Shown in pieces: positions 1 to 8,690 of a stretch of 64,000 nucleotides of DNA. This stretch comes from Candidatus Latescibacterota bacterium (GTDB lineage Bacteria; Latescibacterota; UBA2968; UBA8231). The translations under genes and the position numbers were made by a program. Location of the stretch: assembly GCA_965197905.1 (NCBI GenBank), contig CBDAOB010000002.1:256001-320000 (forward strand), written 5' to 3'. The notes beneath the pieces are model-generated. The model saw nothing but the letters and a program-made list of their open reading frames with translations, ran no database searches and was not told the origin of the DNA. How positions within the stretch are numbered: the first letter of the stretch is position 1; every line of letters starts with the position of its first letter.

Positions 1-1860
1 GGTGTCGGGGGCGCCATCGTTGTCTGTGTCCTGATTCACAAAGACGCCGTTGAGGTCAGTGCCGACGCGGTCTCGGGGTATGCCCGGAGCGTTGCCGTAT
101 TTGATGTCGGGATAGCGATCACCGTCGTCGTTGTCATCCACCGTCTGCCAGTACATGGTGTCGTTGAGCATGCCGTCCAGATGGCTTAGCCACAAGCTGG
201 ATTCACCATGAAGAAAAGTGCGCATCTCGGTCTGGAAATCTGGATTGACAGAAAACAGCTCGGCGCCAATTCGTCCGCGGCCGAAGCGTCGAACGGCGTT
301 GAGGAAGTAGGCCCCGCCGCGATCGGCAAAACGCGGTGCATCGTCAAAGGCCGGCTGTCCGTCGATGCGGGCGGGATAGCGGGAATACACACTCGAGCGC
401 GCGTATTCGGCCGAGATCTCAAGATCCAGAAGCGTGAGATTGGCGTCGGCGCTGTAGACGAAATTACCGGTGTTTTCCCCCACATGGAAGCGTACCCGAC
501 GCAGATTCGTGAGATCCCGAACATTGCCCCTGGCACGCCGCACCGTCTGGTAATAGGTGCTCGAGAAGCGGTCGGCGTAGAAGTTGGCAGTTTCGGATTT
601 GGTGTATAAAGTGGCCACGTCCACCAGGTAGTCGTTCCCCAACAGACCCTCCACAGCCACTGATTGGACGTCAGGTTCGCGGGAAAGGTCGAATAGAAAT
701 ACGATCTGCGTCTCGCCATCTGCCTGCAGCATGCGCTGCGGTGACTCCACCGTATGGAGAGTCTCGAGGACGGGAATATTGGCCTGTTTCCCGACATCGA
801 CGCCGGCCTCGTGATCCAGGCGCGCGAGATAGTCCGCAAACAGCGGGAAGTCGCGATTGCGGTAGTAGAATTCGTTGAAATATGGGGTGGCGGCGGAGGA
901 AGCAGTGAATAGGTCGTAGCCCAAGGGGGTGAAAGCACCCGTGACCTGCGAGACGAATCCCACCTGAATCGGCGGTTCGCCGACATGGCTGATCACCTGG
1001 GGCACGAGGTCGGGCCGCGCCTGGTCATTGATCACCAGCTGAAGATCCTGCACCGCCGCGCCGCCGACGCCATCATCAGGCGAATCATCCCGGAAGCGCA
1101 CGATGATCCAGTCCATCGTCGGCTGATCCGGCTTCAGTCGGCCCTTGAGACTGTTCCCGGTGCTCTGCGTGCTCTGGTAGACGTGCTGGTTCACCCAGTT
1201 CAAGCCCAGATGCAATGCGCCGAAATCCGCTTGGGCCCGCGTGCCCATAAGCAAGGTGGAATCATCAGCAAAATGGGCAAGGGCTTGAAATGCATCGCCA
1301 TAAGCAGAAATTTCGTCTTTGGGCCGCTCTTGTCGCGATGCGACACCGGTGAATTTCAGATAGGTCGTCGCCAGGTCGAAGCGCATGCCGTTGAAGTTCA
1401 CCTTCGACAGGGTCAATGGCGTGAAGCGTGCTTGCAGTGCGTCGCCGACAATGAGATGATAGCCCCAGTCGCCATAACCATCCTTACCCGCCACCACATA
1501 ATCGAACACGTTGATCCACGTGAGGCTGGTCCCTCCCGATTGCTTGAAAATGGAGCTGCCATACTTCAACCCCCCGGTCCGGACTTCGTCCCAGCCATAG
1601 AGATCGTAGCCGGTCATAAGGTGGTTGCCGAGGGGGTCGACGTGGGCTTTGGGGATGTCCCAATAGGGGAAGGTGTGGTTGAGGTAATTCTCGTAGTGGT
1701 TTATCGCGTAGTTGTCGTACGCGGTCCGCTGCAGGCGAAGGTAGGGCCGCGATTGATCTACCTCATTGAGAGGTATCTCGACGCCCGCCGCCTCACCTCC
1801 CGCTAAGGCGAGTGCCAGCAACAGGCCCCATCTTCTTCGCCACAGCTGTTCGGTCTTCAT
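1..1860 (-). CDS. Large exported protein of unknown function, paralogue 1 of the 8691/34688 family (C-terminus runs off the window)
   Basis: Not in the ORF track because it has no stop inside the window. Manual translation from ATG at 1860 (GGAGGAAGG RBS upstream) gives MKTEQLWRRRWGLLLALALAGG...RPYLRLQRTAYDNYAINHYENYLNHTFPYW. The same frame at the window edge reads DDNDDGDRYPDIKYG...DTDNDGAPDT, colinear with 8691..11675. Confidence 0.9.
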   Translation of the reverse strand, partial: MKTEQLWRRRWGLLLALALAGGEAAGVEIPLNEVDQSRPYLRLQRTAYDNYAINHYENYLNHTFPYWDIPKAHVDPLGNHLMTGYDLYGWDEVRTGGLKYGSSIFKQSGGTSLTWINVFDYVVAGKDGYGDWGYHLIVGDALQARFTPLTLSKVNFNGMRFDLATTYLKFTGVASRQERPKDEISAYGDAFQALAHFADDSTLLMGTRAQADFGALHLGLNWVNQHVYQSTQSTGNSLKGRLKPDQPTMDWIIVRFRDDSPDDGVGGAAVQDLQLVINDQARPDLVPQVISHVGEPPIQVGFVSQVTGAFTPLGYDLFTASSAATPYFNEFYYRNRDFPLFADYLARLDHEAGVDVGKQANIPVLETLHTVESPQRMLQADGETQIVFLFDLSREPDVQSVAVEGLLGNDYLVDVATLYTKSETANFYADRFSSTYYQTVRRARGNVRDLTNLRRVRFHVGENTGNFVYSADANLTLLDLEISAEYARSSVYSRYPARIDGQPAFDDAPRFADRGGAYFLNAVRRFGRGRIGAELFSVNPDFQTEMRTFLHGESSLWLSHLDGMLNDTMYWQTVDDNDDGDRYPDIKYGNAPGIPRDRVGTDLNGVFVNQDTDNDGAPDT

Positions 1861-2053
1861 CCTTCCTCCGATGGTTACCGATACGGCCTGAACACCTTCC
1901 GAGCCTATCGAGACAGATATAGGTACGCAAGCACTTTGCTTGAGACAAGCAATTAATTCTCTACCGATCTGGCGAGGAGACTGAGTTTGTAGACTTTAGT
2001 GTAGTTTCGTTTGAACCCGATCAATATATTCTTGGCTCGACGAAAGGAAAACC

Positions 2054-3097
2054 ATGGACATTCTCGAACGATATGTGGCGATAGACAACAAGTGCGCCTG
2101 GCCGAATCTCACCCTGATGCCTGACGGCAGTATTCTGGCCGCGATTTTTGGAGAGCCGTGCCATCAGCTGTGGGAGGGTTCGTCCGAGTGTTGGATGAGC
2201 CGGGACGGGGGCAGGCTCTGGTCCTTTGCCAGTGTGCCGGCGCACCACGAACCTGCCCGCACCCGCGGCGATCTTGCGGCGGGGTTGACGCAGGAAGGTG
2301 CCTACGTGGTCCTGTGCAGCGGTCGCAAGTTCGCGCCCCCTCGCGGGCAGAAGCTCGACCGGGAGCGGACGGAAGATGAAAAAGGCAACCAGGAAGCGGT
2401 GGTCTGTCGCACCGAAGACGGCTGCAAGACCTGGACCAAGTCAGTGGGGCAGTTCACCTACCCACCAAATGTGAGCAATGCCGTGCCGTTCGGGGATGTG
2501 GTGCAGCTCCCGGGAAATCGCCTCGCCGTTTCCTGCTATTCGGCGCCAGCAGGCCACATCGAGGACGAAACTGCCGATGGTGCCTGGATCTATTTCAGCG
2601 ACGATGACGGACGCACCTGGGGTGACGCCCGGCTCATTGGTGCAAATCGGTACAACGAAACGGACCTGCTGGCGCTGGGGGGAGGCAAGATGCTGGCTGC
2701 CAGTCGCACGGCGCGAACGGCGGAGACCGAGATCTTCGCCTCGGATGACGGCGGCCAGACGTGGACCTGCCGCGGCCCGGTGACACCGGCACGGCATATG
2801 CCTGCTCATCTGCTGGAACTGCAGGACAAGTCGATTCTCCTCACTTACGGCGTCCGTCTCAGGGGCATGCTCGGTGTCTGCGCGATGATCAGTTGCGACG
2901 AGGGAGTCACCTGGGATGCCCCCCGGGTACTGTTCAATACGGACGTTTACCAGTCAAATACCAGTCCCGAAGGCACAGACGGGGGTTATCCATCCAGCTT
3001 GCAGTTGGCAGACGGCACCATTCTGACGGCTTACTACTGTCAGCGCGTTCCTTCCCACCAACGTTACCACATGGGCGTTGTCCTCTGGCGGGATTGA
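2054..3097 (+). CDS. BNR/Asp-box repeat sialidase-like beta-propeller protein
   Basis: Asp-boxes SRDGGRLW, SDDDGRTW, SDDGGQTW and SCDEGVTW; C-terminal DGGYPSSLQLADGTILTAYY; AAGGA RBS; no signal peptide. Confidence 0.85.
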   Translation: MDILERYVAIDNKCAWPNLTLMPDGSILAAIFGEPCHQLWEGSSECWMSRDGGRLWSFASVPAHHEPARTRGDLAAGLTQEGAYVVLCSGRKFAPPRGQKLDRERTEDEKGNQEAVVCRTEDGCKTWTKSVGQFTYPPNVSNAVPFGDVVQLPGNRLAVSCYSAPAGHIEDETADGAWIYFSDDDGRTWGDARLIGANRYNETDLLALGGGKMLAASRTARTAETEIFASDDGGQTWTCRGPVTPARHMPAHLLELQDKSILLTYGVRLRGMLGVCAMISCDEGVTWDAPRVLFNTDVYQSNTSPEGTDGGYPSSLQLADGTILTAYYCQRVPSHQRYHMGVVLWRD

Positions 3098-3168
3098 GTC
3101 GCTGGTGAAGCAACTCAAGGAAGAGCCGCATCACAGGTGCCCAGATCTCCTCTCGCTGACAAGCCCAG

Positions 3169-4584
3169 ATGAGACCCGGTAGGACGCACCTCATTGCGCT
3201 ATTGCTGGCGGCAGGAGTAGTCGCCGCTGGATATTCCGCTTTCTGGCGTCTCCCTCCACCACCCATTGCCGAGTTTCCGGCTGTTCTCGAGGGCAAAGAC
3301 CCGATGGTCGTCGCTCTGGTGGAGAAAGCGCTCGTAAGGGTCGCTACTGATCCCGGGAAGCCGGAGCCCTGGATGCATCTGGGCTACGTCTACGAAGCTA
3401 ATGACCTGGACTCTCTCGCCCGCGAGTGTTACGAGAACGCTGTAGCGATGGATGACGCTCGGCCGAAGTGGTGGTATCGTCTGGCGCGCATCAAGATGCA
3501 GCTGGGCGACCGCCCGGGGGCCGTTGATGCTGCGCACCGTGTCATCGGGTTGCAAGCAGACTACCCACCGGTCCACTGGCGGCTCGGTTTTCTACATCTG
3601 GAGCAGAATGCGCTCGAAGAAGCCCGCCGGCAGTTCGAGCGCGCTGTCGATCTGGATGCCAACGACCCCGCCGGCCGGTGGGGATTGGCCCGAGTATGGC
3701 TGCAGGCAGGTCAACCAGAAAAAACCGCCGAGCTGCTTGCGGCCTTCGTTCAGGTGCATCCGGCCGATGCTTATTCCCACCTGCTCCTGGGAACCGCATA
3801 TCGTCAGCTGACGAAGAGGGAAAAAGCTGCGTTCCACCTCGAGCGGGGCCTGGGTGGTGAGCCCGAGTTTCGCGATCCATGGGACGAAGGACTGAAGCCG
3901 TATCGGGCGGGTCTTCCCCACAAGGTCTTTGACGCCATTGCACTGATCGATGCGGGAGAGCTGGCAGAGGCTGCGGAGTTACTGGAAGAGTTGGCCCGCC
4001 ATCATCCGGACGATCTGACCGTCCTGAACAATCTGGCAGCGGTGTACGTCGCCCGGAAGCAGCTACAGCGGGCCCTGAAATTATTCGACAGCGCCCTGCA
4101 GACCCACCCCGACAATGCCTATCTCCACCTGAACGCGGCTTCCGTCGATCAGCAACTGAACCAACCGTCCCAGGCCATTGAACACCTCGATCGCGTGATC
4201 GCCTTGGATCCGCGGCTGGGCGATGCCCTGCGAAAGAAAGGCGACCTACTGACCTCCATGGGAAAACACGAAGCCGCCGCTGCCGCCTACGAAACAGCGC
4301 TTGAAAACGAACCGCACGATGCATCGCTGCTAGTGAGCCTGGGCCTTGCAAGACTGGAACTCAAGCAGTGGGAGGCCGGACTCAATAGCTTCCGGCGCGC
4401 CGCGGCGCTGGATTCGACGCTCGCACGGTCGTACGTGGGCATTGCGGTCGCGGCAAGGAATCTCGGCTTTTTTAGAGAGGCGGAAGCGGCGCTCGTCAGG
4501 GCGGCTACACTGGGTCCCAAAGCGACCAAAATCCAGTCCATGCTGGCGCAGATTCGCAAGCTGGCCGCCGCAAAGGCCCGTTGA
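3169..4584 (+). CDS. Tetratricopeptide repeat protein with N-terminal membrane anchor or signal
   Basis: Hydrophobic N-terminus followed by many TPR-like units (e.g. LNNLAAVY, HWRLGFLHL, YVGIAVA); 4-nt overlap with the next gene. Confidence 0.88.
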   Translation: MRPGRTHLIALLLAAGVVAAGYSAFWRLPPPPIAEFPAVLEGKDPMVVALVEKALVRVATDPGKPEPWMHLGYVYEANDLDSLARECYENAVAMDDARPKWWYRLARIKMQLGDRPGAVDAAHRVIGLQADYPPVHWRLGFLHLEQNALEEARRQFERAVDLDANDPAGRWGLARVWLQAGQPEKTAELLAAFVQVHPADAYSHLLLGTAYRQLTKREKAAFHLERGLGGEPEFRDPWDEGLKPYRAGLPHKVFDAIALIDAGELAEAAELLEELARHHPDDLTVLNNLAAVYVARKQLQRALKLFDSALQTHPDNAYLHLNAASVDQQLNQPSQAIEHLDRVIALDPRLGDALRKKGDLLTSMGKHEAAAAAYETALENEPHDASLLVSLGLARLELKQWEAGLNSFRRAAALDSTLARSYVGIAVAARNLGFFREAEAALVRAATLGPKATKIQSMLAQIRKLAAAKAR

Positions 4585-6305
4585 ACAGGATTGATTCGAT
4601 ACTAAGACGTCGGCTCTCTGTCGCCGGAGTGGGCGCGGTCTGCCTCTTGATCGGCGCATGTGGCGAACCCCAGGAAACCGCGCCCGCAGTGTTGCCGCAT
4701 ATTTCGGTGCCCTCATCCGCAGTCTGGTTCGCGGAAGTGGCGGCGGAGCGAGGCATCGAATTTCGCTTCGAGTCCGGCCATCTCGAAAACTACTACATGC
4801 CGGAAATCATGGCTGGGGGAGCCGCTCTCTTCGACATGGACAGCGACGGGGACCTGGACGCCTATCTGGTGCAAGGCGGGTCCCTGACAACCGCGCCGCA
4901 TTCGCGTCCTTCCAATCAGCTGTACCGCAACAACGGGGGCGGCGACTTTGAAAACGTCGCTGAGAAGAGCGGCAGCGCCGACAGGGGGTATGGCATGGGC
5001 GTGGCCACTGGCGACTACGACAGTGACGGCGACCCCGATCTCTATGTCACCAACGTGGGAGCCAACGTGCTTCTGCGCAACGAGGGAGAAGGCCGTTTCC
5101 GGGATGCAACCGCCACGGCGGGGGTCGGCGACGAAGCCTGGAGCGCCAGCGCCGCATTCGTGGACTACGATGCCGACGGCGATCTCGATCTGTTCGCCAC
5201 CAAATACATGAACTGGTCAGTGGCGCTTGAAAGGCCCTGTTTTTCGCCCGTGGGCGACTTGGATTACTGTTACCCGCCGGTCTATAATGCGGAGGCACCG
5301 GATCTGCTCTATCGCAACAACGGTGACGGCACCTTTGCGGAGATCGCCTTTGAAGCAGGGCTGCACGAGGCCTACGGCAACGGTCTTGGCGTGGTCACCG
5401 GAGACTTCAATGCAGACGGCAGGACCGATATCTTCGTGGCCAACGACGGTTCCAAGAACCAGCTGTGGGTCAACCGGGGCGACGGCACTTTCGCGGACGA
5501 AGCTCTGTTGCGAGGATGTGCGGTGGACGAAACCGGAAGAGCTAAGGCGGGCATGGGCGTGGATGCCATCGATGTGGACGATAATTCGACGCTCGATCTG
5601 ATCATCGTAAACCTGCGCGAAGAAACCAACTCGTTCTTTCTCAATCAAGGCCAGTATTTCGTCGATGCCACCGCTTCCGCGGGATTAACTACAGGAAGCG
5701 ATCTGCTCACCCGTTTCGGGGTGGCATTCATCGATTTCGACAACGATGCCCTGCTGGACCTGTATGCGGCCAATGGGCGCATCGCCAAGAGCAACTCAAC
5801 TCAAGACGATCGCTTTGCGCTCCCGAACATCCTGTTCAAGGGCGCGACTGGGGGCCGCTTTGAGGAAGTCTGGCCCATGGGGGGGACGGTGAAGCCGCTG
5901 GTAGCAACTAGCCGGGCAGCGGCATTTGGCGATGTGGACAACGACGGCGGCATCGATCTCTTGGTGGTCAACCGGGATGCCCCGGCGTACCTGCTTCACA
6001 ACATTGTAATCAACCGCGGCCACTGGATCAGCTTTCGGGTGCTGAACGAGCACGGCGCCGAGGCCCTGGGCGCCAACGTGACGTTTGAGGTGGGTGAGGC
6101 TGCTAAGACTCGCGACGTTAAGTCTGCGTACAGCTATCAGGCTGCCAACGACCCGCGGATTCACTCCGGATTGGGCGAGGTGGACCGAGTCTCAAGGGTC
6201 AGGGTGCGCTGGCTCGATGGGCAGATCGAACACTTTGGGTCCTTCGCAGCCGATCAGATCGTCGATCTTCGGCGGGGGGCGGGCAACACCCAGGCACAAC
6301 CGTAG
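4581..6305 (+). CDS. CRTAC1-family (FG-GAP repeats plus ASPIC/UnbV) probable lipoprotein
   Basis: Repeated DxDxDGDxDL motifs, SRAAAFGDVDNDGGIDLLVVN, C-terminal SYQAANDPRIHSGLG...VRW; lipobox-like LIGAC. Confidence 0.88.
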   Translation: MNRIDSILRRRLSVAGVGAVCLLIGACGEPQETAPAVLPHISVPSSAVWFAEVAAERGIEFRFESGHLENYYMPEIMAGGAALFDMDSDGDLDAYLVQGGSLTTAPHSRPSNQLYRNNGGGDFENVAEKSGSADRGYGMGVATGDYDSDGDPDLYVTNVGANVLLRNEGEGRFRDATATAGVGDEAWSASAAFVDYDADGDLDLFATKYMNWSVALERPCFSPVGDLDYCYPPVYNAEAPDLLYRNNGDGTFAEIAFEAGLHEAYGNGLGVVTGDFNADGRTDIFVANDGSKNQLWVNRGDGTFADEALLRGCAVDETGRAKAGMGVDAIDVDDNSTLDLIIVNLREETNSFFLNQGQYFVDATASAGLTTGSDLLTRFGVAFIDFDNDALLDLYAANGRIAKSNSTQDDRFALPNILFKGATGGRFEEVWPMGGTVKPLVATSRAAAFGDVDNDGGIDLLVVNRDAPAYLLHNIVINRGHWISFRVLNEHGAEALGANVTFEVGEAAKTRDVKSAYSYQAANDPRIHSGLGEVDRVSRVRVRWLDGQIEHFGSFAADQIVDLRRGAGNTQAQP

Positions 6306-6392
6306 TCTGCCCGGGATCGGGTGTAGCCGTCCTTTGGAAATCCGGAGTCATAATTCTGGCACAGATGCGCGAATCTGGAATAAATTTCTTTC

Positions 6393-6421
6393 TTGATCCC
6401 ACTCGTCGTTCTTTATATACT
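6393..6421 (+). promoter_or_regulatory. Candidate sigma70 promoter for the FlgD-Ig protein gene
   Basis: TTGATC (6393-6398), 17-nt spacer, TATACT (6416-6421), preceded by an AT-rich tract. Confidence 0.55.
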
Positions 6422-6446
6422 CTCCCGGTTAAATGTATTTGTGGGC

Positions 6447-6573
6447 GACTGCACCTTACTTAATCGCTGTTCGCCCTCACCGGAGGGGGTAAGAGATGGT
6501 GAGTTGGTAAACACCTGAACTCCGGAGAAAGGAGTAGAGCGACAACAACAATTAGTTTGACGTAAATGCAGTT
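6447..6573 (+). ncRNA. Candidate structured 5' leader RNA, not matched to a known family
   Basis: Nested complementary segments seen by eye: GACTGCA/TGCAGTT, TTAC/GTAA, TTAAT/ATTAG, CGCT/AGCG, GTTC/GAAC, CTCACC/GGTGAG, ACTCC/GGAGT. Confidence 0.35.
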
Positions 6574-6633
6574 AAATCATGTCCTTAGGTAAAACTCGGT
6601 TTCCCTTCACTATCCCTCAAGGAGTTTGCAGAA

Positions 6634-8592
6634 ATGCAGAAGTTACGCAGCTTGTTTCTTGGCATGGCAATAGTCGTGCTGGCTATTGGTGCTGTGGGCG
6701 CGGAGAACTTTCCGTCTTCTGCTCCGGTAGACGAAAATTTCGACTCGCAGGCCCGCGTGCCAGATCGCTCCGGTACCCCAAATCCGTTGCGTCTCACGAC
6801 CAATGACGTGTCGTGGAACGGAAGCGGCCCCGTGGGCATCAGTTTCAATATGAACCAGCGCGCCCGCGTCTGGATTGCCATCTATGAAGTGGGTTCGGAT
6901 GCAACCGGTCCTTACGGTCCCAACGGCGCGGTCGCTCGCGCGGTGCCGCAGGACAGGTTCGTTGCTGTGTTCCCCCCTGGTGGTGCCGATTTCGAAGCCG
7001 GTAACAGCACCATCACCTGGGATGGTCGCGACTGGGAAGGCAATGCCGCCGGCGCTGGCAGCTATTCGTTCGACGTCATCGCCTTCAACCTTCTCGATCC
7101 CGCGACGTTGATGTATGGTGGAAATGGCCAGTTCGACGACCACGAAATCGACATGCGCGACCAGACGGTGTGGACGCATCGGCAGGGTCGGTTCAGGGAA
7201 GCTACTGGCGACGGCCCCCAGAATGTACAAGTCTTCAAGCTGGGCACCGACTACATCGCCAATCCCACCGCCTATGACACTTGGGATGCCAGCGCTGTGT
7301 GGGAGGTCACGGAAGAGGCCGGCAGCCGCGGTGGCCCGAAGCCCGATCCCGAGGATCCCAACATCATCTACCTGGTCAACTCCAACTGGGACAATGAGTT
7401 CACCGGTATTTACAAGGCGCGCAAGAACGAGGCGGCCAAGAGCCTGGAGCGGGTGACGGAATGGGGCGCCAACGGTTTTGCAGACGTGCCCGGGCCGACC
7501 ACCGAGAACGCCATGCAGATATTGGTCTACAACGACCAGATCATCTCGCCCAACTGGTCTCAGGCCGATCCGCCGGCCAGTGGCCTGAATTTCTGGGACA
7601 AGGGCTCCGGTGAGTTCCTCAAGTCGTTCGATGTCCGCGAATTCTTCCTGCGCTGGCGCGTCGATGACAATGGCAACCAGACCTTCAGTGGCGGCGGACC
7701 GTCTTCTGTTTCAGCCGATGACACCGGTCTGTGGCTTTGCGGTTGGAGGTCGACCTCGATCATCAAGTTGGACTGGGACGGCAATCTCATCTGGTTCAAT
7801 GGTCCCGGCGATCTCTACTCCGACCAGTTCTCCGAAGAGCGCGCTACGGCTCTCGGCCTTACCGGTCCGGCCGCGGGGGGCTCGTTTCAGCTGTCCATCC
7901 GCATAACCAACGACCGCTCGGGACACCTTGCCGTGTACAGCCCGCGCCACAATCAGTTCGGCAATCAGTACTCGGCGCTGGGTCGCGACGGTTCGGGCGT
8001 CTTGCGGCTGTTCATGGATCATACCAAGATGGGTCCGTTCAAGGCCTCTCTCGGTACCCACATCTCCTGGGTCGATGAGAACCAGGGCCGGGTGAACGGC
8101 CATTGGATCGGTCCGGATCGGCGGCCCGGCCCGTTCGACGGCATCTACCTGGACGCCAAGTGGGAACTTGAGGTCAATGGTCCGGCGCCAGAGCGCGAAT
8201 CCAGCGAGATTCGCGGGATGGAGCAGAAGTTTCACGTACCGTTCGATCTGGCCGTAGGTCGTCTGGGTGCTGGCGTAACCGCAGTCGAAGCCGACGCCAG
8301 CGCGGGCACGCCCGACAGCCATGCGCTGAGCGAGGCGTATCCCAACCCGTTCAATCCCGAGACCATCATCGATTTCAGCGTGCCGACGGACGGCCACGTT
8401 TCGATCAACGTGTTCAACACAGCTGGTCAGCTCGTGGCCACGCTGGTCGACAAAGAGCTGAGTGCAGGTGCGTACAAGTCGACTTGGGATGCCCGTGACA
8501 CACAGGGTCAACTGGTGTCGAGCGGTGTTTACTTCTATCGAATGGAAGCTGGGGATTTCTCCGCCACGCATTCGATGACCTTGCTGAAGTAA
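6634..8592 (+). CDS. Secreted protein with N-terminal FlgD-Ig-like domain, central propeller-like region and C-terminal FlgD-Ig/Por-secretion-tail-like domain
   Basis: Signal peptide; ITWDGRDWEGNAAGAGSYSF; C-terminus LSEAYPNPFNPETIIDF...WDARDTQGQLVSSGVYFYRMEAGDFSATHSMTLLK; AAGGAG RBS. Confidence 0.88.
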   Translation: MQKLRSLFLGMAIVVLAIGAVGAENFPSSAPVDENFDSQARVPDRSGTPNPLRLTTNDVSWNGSGPVGISFNMNQRARVWIAIYEVGSDATGPYGPNGAVARAVPQDRFVAVFPPGGADFEAGNSTITWDGRDWEGNAAGAGSYSFDVIAFNLLDPATLMYGGNGQFDDHEIDMRDQTVWTHRQGRFREATGDGPQNVQVFKLGTDYIANPTAYDTWDASAVWEVTEEAGSRGGPKPDPEDPNIIYLVNSNWDNEFTGIYKARKNEAAKSLERVTEWGANGFADVPGPTTENAMQILVYNDQIISPNWSQADPPASGLNFWDKGSGEFLKSFDVREFFLRWRVDDNGNQTFSGGGPSSVSADDTGLWLCGWRSTSIIKLDWDGNLIWFNGPGDLYSDQFSEERATALGLTGPAAGGSFQLSIRITNDRSGHLAVYSPRHNQFGNQYSALGRDGSGVLRLFMDHTKMGPFKASLGTHISWVDENQGRVNGHWIGPDRRPGPFDGIYLDAKWELEVNGPAPERESSEIRGMEQKFHVPFDLAVGRLGAGVTAVEADASAGTPDSHALSEAYPNPFNPETIIDFSVPTDGHVSINVFNTAGQLVATLVDKELSAGAYKSTWDARDTQGQLVSSGVYFYRMEAGDFSATHSMTLLK

Positions 8593-8621
8593 GCTCGACC
8601 AGTTCAGCAGTTTGATTGATT

Positions 8622-8659
8622 GTAAGGGGGTAGATTGTGAAATCTACCCCCTTACTTTT
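8622..8659 (+). terminator. Rho-independent terminator
   Basis: Perfect 15-bp stem GTAAGGGGGTAGATT, loop GTGA, AATCTACCCCCTTAC, then TTTT; about 30 nt after the stop of 6634..8592. Confidence 0.9.
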
Positions 8660-8690
8660 GTGCCTGCTGGCGAGACGGCACTCGCGTGCC

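Noticed and set aside
6357..6372. TGGCAC as a sigma54 promoter upstream of the FlgD-Ig gene (similar partial motifs near 30119 and 40770)
   Set aside because: GG-to-GC spacing is not the required 10 nt.
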